Source of the DNA: an uncultured bacterium
GTDB taxonomy: Bacteria; Fidelibacterota; Marinisomatia; Marinisomatales; UBA1611
Reading direction: 5' to 3'
Length of the DNA: 42,514 bases
Assembly: GCA_965660855.1 (NCBI GenBank)
Contig: CBFIBM010000014.1
Coordinates: forward strand, 1-42,514
Both the position numbers and the translations under genes were made by a program. Below the pieces are notes generated by a model. The model was not told the DNA's origin, ran no database searches, and was given only the letters and a program-made list of their open reading frames with translations. Of the stretch, positions 6,894 to 14,258 are shown piece after piece. The stretch's first letter is position 1. Every line of letters begins with the position of its first letter.

Positions 6894-9857
6894 TTGATTA
6901 ATAATATAAAATTATTTACATATTTTTTTCTCTTTTTATCAGTAATTCTATCAGAAATACCACCTGGTTATTATAATTCTGCAAATGGATTATCTGGGAG
7001 TTCACTTCAAAGCGCATTGCATGAAATAATTAATAATCATACTAAATATCCTTATACAAGTAGTAATACTGATGTTTGGGATATTTTAAAAAATGTTGAC
7101 GAAGATCCAAGTAATTCTTCAAATGTAATTTTATTGTATACCGGTCGGTCTCAAGCAAAATCAGAAAATAGTGGCGAGAGTAGTACTGCTGGAAATAATA
7201 GATGGAATAGAGAACATGTATGGTCAAAGTCTCATGGTTTTCCCAACGAAAGTGATACGGCCTACACTGATATTCACCATCTACGTCCAGCTGATGAATC
7301 TGTAAATAGTTCCAGAGGAAATAAAGACTTTGATAATGGTGGGACAGCACATAGTGAAGCAACTGATTGTAATTATGATTCTGATAGCTGGGAACCAAGG
7401 GATGCAGTAAAAGGAGATGTTGCAAGAATGATGTTTTACATGGAAGTAAGGTATGATCCAGGCGTCCACACTGATGGAACCAATTACGATCTTGAATTAG
7501 TGGATAATACAGGTACATCGGGCGCTACTTTTGGAAAATTGTCAACTCTTATAACTTGGCATACTAATGATCCGGTTGATGATACAGAAAGAACACGGAA
7601 CGATGAGGTCTATTCCTACCAAGGAAATAGAAATCCATTTGTTGATTATCCAGAATTCGTATCTTCGATTTGGGGGAACGGACCTCTTTCTCCTTCAAAT
7701 TTAGCAACAACATCCATATCTGAAAATTCTCTCTCCCTGTCTTGGGTAGATAATGCTACTAATGAGACCTCCTATAAAGTATTTAAAGATGAGGTGTTAC
7801 TCGAAACTTTAAATTCAAATAGTACATCAATAGCCATAAACAGCTTAACAAAAAATACTAAATATAAATTCTGGGTTAAGTCTAATAATAGTGATGGGGA
7901 GTCATTCCCTGCTGAAATATATACAACTACAAAAGGTGTTTATATCTCAGAGGTATCTGAAGGAACATCTTATACCACTGAATTTATTGAACTTTACAAT
8001 AACCATTCCTCAAGTACTAACTTGACTGGATATAAGTTAATAATGGTAGATGCAAGCGATAACTCTAGCGAAAATGTCTTTGATATTGGTACAGATGGTG
8101 ATGGGGGAGATGTCTCTATTCCAGGAAAAGGTTTTTTAGTTATTAGCCGTGGTGCTAATGAATCTACTTTTATTAGTGGCTTTTCTTCATTTCCTTCGAC
8201 CGCTTCATTTTATGATGGTAATACAGGTCTTTATTTTGGTACGGGAACCGCAAGAAAATGGAGAATTAGAGCCAATGATGGAATCGCAAATACAGATGAT
8301 GGAACCTTAATTGATGAAACTACAGCTGCAGCCGCGGGCAGCGGGAATCGTACAATACAAAATCCAATTGCTACTTTTACAACTACATCTTCATCATCTG
8401 GATCAAATTCTACCCCAGGTCAATTAGATATTGGGCAACGGTTACAATCGTTAACTCTATCAGGTAATTCTGGTTTCAGGATGCTCAGTTCTCCAGTATC
8501 CGGTACAATATTCAATGATCTTTTAAGTGAATCATGGACCCAAGGTATCGCAGGTTCAGACGCTGGAACAGATGGAACTGCAAATATTTGGATTTTGAAT
8601 CAGGCATCTCAATCTTGGACAGAATTAAGTAATATGTCATCTAGTAATTTAAGTGCAGGGCAAGGATTTTTATTTTATGTTTATGATGATATAGATTTTG
8701 ATGGAGATTCGGACTTACCCATCACATTATATGTAGATGGAACTTCAACAACAGGTAATGTAACCGTTAGTAGCATTGATAATGGAGATTATTATCTTGC
8801 GGGTAACCCTTATACACAATCTATTGATTGGGACCTAGTGAGTAAAACTAACATGTCATCTGTGGTTTCTGTTTGGGATGATGCTTCCAGTTCTTGGAAA
8901 AGCTGGAACGGTTCTACTGGAGATTTAACTAATGGACTGATTGCTCCTTATCAAGGATTTTGGATTCAAGCAAATGGTGGAGTAGGTTCTATTACAATTC
9001 AAGATTCTGATATTTCTCAAACGGAAACTACATTTTTTGGAAGGACATTGGAGCATGATTCATTAATGAATATATCATTTGAGGTCAATTATGCAGGACA
9101 AGCATCTTTTACTTATTTTTCGTTTCAAGAAAATGGGTCTCAATATATTGATAAAGGGGATTCTAGAAAAATACTACCACTACAAGCTACTCCTAGAGTA
9201 GAAATTATGACCTACTCTGAAGAAAATCCTTTGAAAATAAATAATCTTCCTTATCCATTTGATGATTCAATTATTATTCCGATGGATATAATGATTTTTG
9301 ATGTAGAAGAGAATAATTTTATATCCCAGGCTGGTGAAGTTAGTTTTAAATGGTATATAGACGATCTTATCTCGACAGTAGAAATCGATTTACTTGATAC
9401 TTACACAGGTGAAAGAATTAATTTAAATTCAATTGGCTCAACTGGTGCATTCAATTTTGAAATATTTGAGTCAGGAAGTTTTTCATATCAAAGTAATACG
9501 ATAAATTCTCAATATCCTATGTCAGATGACTCTAGATTCCAAATTATTCTAGATAATAACAATATCAATATTGAAAAAGAACCCCACCTTCCTCAAAGAT
9601 TTTCAGTTAAAAGAATATATCCAAATCCATTTAATCCATCTATTAAGGTTGAGGTTAAAGGAGAAAATTCTTCAGAAATAATACTAACTATTTTTAATTT
9701 GAATGGAACCTCTATTGAGACAATAAACGTGAACCTTACTAAAAGTGGTGTGAATGAGATTGTATGGACACCAAAACAAATAGCTTCAGGTATTTATATT
9801 TTAAAAATTGTTTCAAAAAATCATTCTTTTAGTCAAAAGGTAACTTTTATAAAATAA
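6894..9857 (+). CDS. Secreted endonuclease I (Bsn-like) + FN3 + lamin-tail-like domain + shared module + T9SS-like C-terminal domain
   Basis: WNREHVW, DIHHLRP, VNSSRGN, KGDVAR, QGNRNPFVDYP; FN3 PSNL..LSW.DN; ISEV..EFIELYN; YPNPFNP...SGIYIL. Confidence 0.85.
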   Translation: MINNIKLFTYFFLFLSVILSEIPPGYYNSANGLSGSSLQSALHEIINNHTKYPYTSSNTDVWDILKNVDEDPSNSSNVILLYTGRSQAKSENSGESSTAGNNRWNREHVWSKSHGFPNESDTAYTDIHHLRPADESVNSSRGNKDFDNGGTAHSEATDCNYDSDSWEPRDAVKGDVARMMFYMEVRYDPGVHTDGTNYDLELVDNTGTSGATFGKLSTLITWHTNDPVDDTERTRNDEVYSYQGNRNPFVDYPEFVSSIWGNGPLSPSNLATTSISENSLSLSWVDNATNETSYKVFKDEVLLETLNSNSTSIAINSLTKNTKYKFWVKSNNSDGESFPAEIYTTTKGVYISEVSEGTSYTTEFIELYNNHSSSTNLTGYKLIMVDASDNSSENVFDIGTDGDGGDVSIPGKGFLVISRGANESTFISGFSSFPSTASFYDGNTGLYFGTGTARKWRIRANDGIANTDDGTLIDETTAAAAGSGNRTIQNPIATFTTTSSSSGSNSTPGQLDIGQRLQSLTLSGNSGFRMLSSPVSGTIFNDLLSESWTQGIAGSDAGTDGTANIWILNQASQSWTELSNMSSSNLSAGQGFLFYVYDDIDFDGDSDLPITLYVDGTSTTGNVTVSSIDNGDYYLAGNPYTQSIDWDLVSKTNMSSVVSVWDDASSSWKSWNGSTGDLTNGLIAPYQGFWIQANGGVGSITIQDSDISQTETTFFGRTLEHDSLMNISFEVNYAGQASFTYFSFQENGSQYIDKGDSRKILPLQATPRVEIMTYSEENPLKINNLPYPFDDSIIIPMDIMIFDVEENNFISQAGEVSFKWYIDDLISTVEIDLLDTYTGERINLNSIGSTGAFNFEIFESGSFSYQSNTINSQYPMSDDSRFQIILDNNNINIEKEPHLPQRFSVKRIYPNPFNPSIKVEVKGENSSEIILTIFNLNGTSIETINVNLTKSGVNEIVWTPKQIASGIYILKIVSKNHSFSQKVTFIK

Positions 9858-9926
9858 TCATTCTATTTTTTATTATTTTTTATTTTTTTTCTTTTATATT
9901 ATATCCATTAAAAACAGAGAATTATA

Positions 9927-12026
9927 ATGAAAATATCAAAAATATTTTTATGTACATTTTTTATTAATTGTCTCTTCTCAGATATAATTATCACCGAAAT
10001 TGGTGATCCTGATGACGGTGTGCATAATCGCTTTATTGAGATCTATAACAGCGGAAACACTAGTGTCTCATTAGCAGACTATTATATTATTAGGTGGACT
10101 AATGGAAATGCAGGTGCGACCTCAAATATCAATTTAAGTAGTTATACAATAGGAGCGAAATCATTTCTTATCTTTGCACCGGATGCCGAAAATTTTGAGT
10201 TTACTGTAGGGGGAAATGCTACCTTAATAGATGCATCAGGAGGAGGACCTGCCGATTCAAATGGAGATGATAATATGGCCATTGTAAAAGAGGCATCTGG
10301 TCAAACATTTGCTCATGGGAATTCAGTTACCTACGACATAGTCGACGTTTTTGGAAACCCTGGTACTGATGGTTCAGGTAACTGGCATGAATTCGAAGAT
10401 GGTAGAGCTGAAAGAGTATCAACCCAAACTACAGCAATTTCAAGCTCTACAAGTAATGCTTGGAATTGCTGGAGCGATTCAGAAGTGTTTTTAGCTGGTG
10501 TAGATCAAAATACAGGTAGTAATCCAATCAATGGCGAGCCTGCAGGTAGAACAGCTTATACATCGAATGGTTTTGACCCTGGAGCTTGGGATGGCCACAA
10601 AGCTGTTACCATCTCTGGTAACGCAGGCTTCAGAATGCTATCTACCCCGGTATCGAATGGAACATACACCGATATACTTAGTGAACTCTGGACCCAAGGA
10701 ATGACGGGAAGTGATGCCGCTGAGGCCAGTGGAGATAATGTTTGGGTATGGACCGTTGGCTCTGGTGGAGCAGGTTCCTGGTCTGTGGTAAGTAACTTAG
10801 GTAATACTATGACTGCAGGTGAAGGTATCCTCGTCTATGCCTTTGCAGATAATAATAATGATGGTACGGATGATCTTCCTGTAGCGTTATCAGTTAGCGG
10901 TACAGAAAGCAGTGGGGATGTTAGATATCCAGCGCTTGGCACTATCGATGATACTCGATTTGGCTTTGCGGGGAACCCTTATTATCAGACCATTGATTGG
11001 GATGATGTAGCCAAGACCAATGTTAGTGCAACTATACAAGTTTATGATAATGCAAAAAGTGGGGGAGCAGGATATATCAGTTGGAACGGCTCAAGTGGAA
11101 GTTTGACTAATGGTCTTATCGCACCTTTTCAAGGTTTCGTTGTGGAGGGAAGTGGTGGTGCTGGGTACATCACCATTCAAGAAGCAGATAAAAATAATTC
11201 TACAGGAACATTTTACAGAATGTTAGAAGAAGTAAATGAGGGCAGTAGTTATCTGGAGTTTTCCAATACAGAAGGCGGATACAGCAAGAGCTGGTTTTCG
11301 TTCCGACAAGACGGAGAGGTAGGACCAGATGATCGAGATGCAAAAAAATTAATGCCTCTTATGGCCAGTAGTCGTTTGGTATCTTTAACTCATAATGGGG
11401 AGAACTCATTAGATATTAATAATGTCCCATTCGATCATGAGGAAACGATATCCATTCCACTGGATGTAATGTCTCTGAGTTTAGAAGATAACGACTATGT
11501 TACAGGTACCTCAGAGGTATCCATGAGCTGGAGCCTGGATAACCTTCCAGATCATATTAATCTTACCTTGGTAGACAATCTTACCGGTGAGATGGTCTAC
11601 CTAAACAATCAGATGAGTCACAGTTTTACCACAGAGCCTAAGGGAAGCTTTAGTGCTACATATGAAGATGCAGTATCCATCTATCCTATGATTGGAGATG
11701 CTCGCTTTACTTTAAATATAACCTATAGTGCTCTTAAAAATGATCCGATAAAGGTCACACCTAGTGAATATGCACTGAGCCCTGTTTATCCTAATCCATT
11801 TAACCCCAGTGCTACGGTACGTTTTGATATCCCAGAAGTTAGTAGAGTAGAGCTACAGGTGTTTGATTTGAAAGGAGCCCTGGTAGAGACCTTACTGAAT
11901 AAATTAATGGTTTCAGGTAAGCATACTTATACGTGGCATCCACAAGCATTACCTACAGGAACATATTTTTTAAAATTAATGACTAATAACCAAACCTTTA
12001 CTAAGAAGGTGACCTATGTTAAATAG
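9927..12026 (+). CDS. Secreted lamin-tail-domain protein with shared module and T9SS-like C-terminal domain
   Basis: Signal peptide, IITEIGDP..RFIEIYNSG, SNGDD, GFRMLSTP..WTQG, AGNPY, YPNPFNP...TGTYFL. Confidence 0.8.
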   Translation: MKISKIFLCTFFINCLFSDIIITEIGDPDDGVHNRFIEIYNSGNTSVSLADYYIIRWTNGNAGATSNINLSSYTIGAKSFLIFAPDAENFEFTVGGNATLIDASGGGPADSNGDDNMAIVKEASGQTFAHGNSVTYDIVDVFGNPGTDGSGNWHEFEDGRAERVSTQTTAISSSTSNAWNCWSDSEVFLAGVDQNTGSNPINGEPAGRTAYTSNGFDPGAWDGHKAVTISGNAGFRMLSTPVSNGTYTDILSELWTQGMTGSDAAEASGDNVWVWTVGSGGAGSWSVVSNLGNTMTAGEGILVYAFADNNNDGTDDLPVALSVSGTESSGDVRYPALGTIDDTRFGFAGNPYYQTIDWDDVAKTNVSATIQVYDNAKSGGAGYISWNGSSGSLTNGLIAPFQGFVVEGSGGAGYITIQEADKNNSTGTFYRMLEEVNEGSSYLEFSNTEGGYSKSWFSFRQDGEVGPDDRDAKKLMPLMASSRLVSLTHNGENSLDINNVPFDHEETISIPLDVMSLSLEDNDYVTGTSEVSMSWSLDNLPDHINLTLVDNLTGEMVYLNNQMSHSFTTEPKGSFSATYEDAVSIYPMIGDARFTLNITYSALKNDPIKVTPSEYALSPVYPNPFNPSATVRFDIPEVSRVELQVFDLKGALVETLLNKLMVSGKHTYTWHPQALPTGTYFLKLMTNNQTFTKKVTYVK

Positions 12027-12036
12027 ACCCAATTTT

Positions 12037-12210
12037 ATGCAAAACAACTTAAGAAAAATATTTATTCTCATTGCAATCACAAGTAATTATATACTTGCTC
12101 AAGGTATTACTATGCCAGATACGCCTTCTCAAGCTCCTATTGGAGGGCTTGGCTGGTTAGCCGTTCTTGGTGGTGCAATGGCTTATAAAAAACTAAGGAA
12201 TAAAAAATAA
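12037..12210 (+). CDS. Small protein with signal peptide and PID-CTERM-like sorting signal
   Basis: MQNNLRKIFILIAITSNYILAQ-GITMPDTPSQAPIGG-LGWLAVLGGAMAY-KKLRNKK (motif, TM, basic tail); directly before an exosortase. Confidence 0.75.
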   Translation: MQNNLRKIFILIAITSNYILAQGITMPDTPSQAPIGGLGWLAVLGGAMAYKKLRNKK

Positions 12211-12722
12211 GAGGTGTATCTCCTTTAGCAAGGTTTTTACTTACCTCGCTATTCATATTTGTTTTATGGCAATTGGCTTATGATCTTTATTTCTTACCTG
12301 ATGGAAGATTGGATACGTTTCTAAGTCTCGCAGGCGTATCGCTGGGTGCGAGTTTTCTTAAGTTTTTTGGATTCCTCATTACAACAGATAACAGAATAAT
12401 TTCTATAGTTGGATCCAAAGCAGTAGAAATAAATAATGGCTGTAATGGATTGCAACTTTTTGGCTTATTCTCTGGATTTATTGTTGCATATCCTATATCA
12501 TTAAAACTCAAAACTTTTCTTTTATTTTTTGGGTCACTCTTATTATTTATTTCAAATTCTTTACGCATTGCGTTTTTTGCATATTTCAATTCTATCTACC
12601 CAGAATATTGGAATATCATTCACGATAGTAGTTCCTATATATTCTTTTACCCAATAGTTTTATTATTCTGGTACCTAACTATTTCACTCAATAAAGAAGA
12701 AATTAAATTATTCAAATCTTAA
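12207..12722 (+). CDS. Exosortase/archaeosortase family protein (XrtX-like); start uncertain
   Basis: Catalytic C (GCNG), R (NSLRI), H (IHD); frame is open from 12204, first canonical start is TTG 12273, ATA 12207 proposed. Confidence 0.8.
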   Translation: MRGVSPLARFLLTSLFIFVLWQLAYDLYFLPDGRLDTFLSLAGVSLGASFLKFFGFLITTDNRIISIVGSKAVEINNGCNGLQLFGLFSGFIVAYPISLKLKTFLLFFGSLLLFISNSLRIAFFAYFNSIYPEYWNIIHDSSSYIFFYPIVLLFWYLTISLNKEEIKLFKS

Positions 12723-13174
12723 GATACATCTTCAGGCTTTTTATCTTTGTAATACTATATTTTGGTTTAATAAGACCTATACAAAGTATATTTTTAACTG
12801 ATGTTATTTTACCTTATTTACATCAGTTTGATCATTTAAAAACAGAATTTATCATCACTTCTCAACATGATGATTTGATCGTTGATTCATTAAATGAAAA
12901 CTTTAATGAAACTCAATCAAGTCTTCCATTTAGTGCATATTATTTTTTAATAGTCATTACTTTTTTTAATACCAATTTCCGTGCTTTTTTAAATTACATA
13001 CACTTATATAATATATTACTTATTATGATTTCTCCATTCCTTATTATTCTACTATTAAATGGTAACTATTGGATTGCTCCAATAATAAATGCACATGAGG
13101 TTGCATATAAAGGTATATTTCTATGTATTGGAATGTTAATGTTTTCAAAAAAATTAAAATATTCAAAAGAATAG
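12707..13174 (+). CDS. Multi-TM membrane protein, probable exosortase partner; start uncertain
   Basis: Frame of the 12875 ORF is open back to 12707, adding IIQILRYIFRLFIFVILYFGLIRPIQ...; about four hydrophobic segments. Confidence 0.55.
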   Translation: MIQILRYIFRLFIFVILYFGLIRPIQSIFLTDVILPYLHQFDHLKTEFIITSQHDDLIVDSLNENFNETQSSLPFSAYYFLIVITFFNTNFRAFLNYIHLYNILLIMISPFLIILLLNGNYWIAPIINAHEVAYKGIFLCIGMLMFSKKLKYSKE

Positions 13175-13251
13175 TAAAAAACATTATTATTCTAAATAAT
13201 AAATGTTTTAATTATCATTGAAATAGTAATTATAAATACTCAACTTTCGAT

Positions 13252-13572
13252 ATGATATTTATTCTAAGATCATTTATTACTTACAGTATAATTTTGACTT
13301 CTTTATTTACTGTTCTTCATGTTGATGAGCATGACCATGAAAAGCACGAAGGATATAGCTTTTGCGATATTGAATGTAGCGAAAAGGATCACCAATATAA
13401 TAATCATCAGTGTGAAATATGTATAAATAATAACAGCAATATTATTTTAACTAGTTCGAGCTCTAAAGTATCTTATAAATATTATTCTTCTATTTTATCA
13501 AAGTTTGAATTTCAAAAAACAACATTTTTAAGTTCTAACCTTCTCTCAAGACCACCACCTGTACTCCTTTAG
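13252..13572 (+). CDS. DUF2946-like His/Cys-rich leader protein with C-terminal RPPP
   Basis: N-terminal TM, His-rich stretch, HQCEIC (CxxC), ends LSRPPPVLL; upstream of a lipoprotein and TBDR. Confidence 0.75.
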   Translation: MIFILRSFITYSIILTSLFTVLHVDEHDHEKHEGYSFCDIECSEKDHQYNNHQCEICINNNSNIILTSSSSKVSYKYYSSILSKFEFQKTTFLSSNLLSRPPPVLL

Positions 13573-13580
13573 TATTTACA

Positions 13581-13607
13581 TTACCTTTCATACGTTATGA
13601 AAGGTAA
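13581..13607 (+). promoter_or_regulatory. 12-bp perfect hairpin between leader ORF and lipoprotein
   Basis: TTACCTTTCATA-cgt-TATGAAAGGTAA. Confidence 0.6.
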
Positions 13608-13635
13608 ATAATTTAAATTTAATAGGAGTTATATT

Positions 13636-14190
13636 ATGCAGGAAAATTACGTGCGTTTCATAAAAACGCTCAGTTTTATATTAGTTACTATTTCATTATT
13701 ATTTACTACCGGCTGTGAAGATGATGATCACAATCATGATCACGATGAGGACCACACAGGTGCTGATGGTTTTATACTTGAAGATGCCAGCGGGAGTGTG
13801 GTCTACAGAGAATTCGAAGGTGCTGTTACTGGCGGTGTTACTCTGGGCGTAGGAGATACACTCGAGCTATCAGTACATTTTCTAGATCACGAAGGAAATG
13901 AAATCGAACATGAAGAAGAAGATCACGATGAACACGATCATGATGAAGAGGATCACGATGAAGAAGGTGATGGTATAAAAGTGACTGGTGCAGATGCGAG
14001 TATTGCAATCGTTGAAGTTGAATCTCATGAAGATGAAGAAGATGGAGATCACGATGAGGAGGATGAACATGGTAATGCATTACATATCATAGGAGTAAGC
14101 ACTGGATCTACAACTTTCCAACTCCAGCTAATGCATGATGGACACGCTGATTACACGTCTACAAATAACGTCAGCGTCACAGTTCAGTAA
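13636..14190 (+). CDS. His/Asp/Glu-rich lipoprotein, probable metal chelator
   Basis: Lipobox FTTG-C; HDHDEED-type repeats; SD AGGAG upstream. Confidence 0.8.
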   Translation: MQENYVRFIKTLSFILVTISLLFTTGCEDDDHNHDHDEDHTGADGFILEDASGSVVYREFEGAVTGGVTLGVGDTLELSVHFLDHEGNEIEHEEEDHDEHDHDEEDHDEEGDGIKVTGADASIAIVEVESHEDEEDGDHDEEDEHGNALHIIGVSTGSTTFQLQLMHDGHADYTSTNNVSVTVQ

Positions 14191-14198
14191 CATTAAAA

Positions 14199-14235
14199 AA
14201 TAAGCGCTTCCTAGTATTTCTAGGGAGCGTTTATT
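14199..14235 (+). terminator. Long intra-operon stem-loop
   Basis: AATAAGCGCTTCCTAG-tattt-CTAGGGAGCGTTTATT (two G-U pairs). Confidence 0.6.
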
Positions 14236-14258
14236 GCTATAACTGAATAATTATAAAA

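Noticed and set aside
7042..7518. Antisense ORFs here and at 12287, 13838, 13882, 16968, 19486, 20018, 21979, 23969, 25165, 28315, 30642, 30989, 31663 and 32779, plus the same-strand off-frame ORF at 24051
   Set aside because: They overlap well-supported genes and carry no motifs
13198..13241. Fur/Zur box upstream of the metal operon
   Set aside because: Only half-site resemblance (ATTATCATT, AAATAGTAAT) in very AT-rich DNA; no convincing dyad
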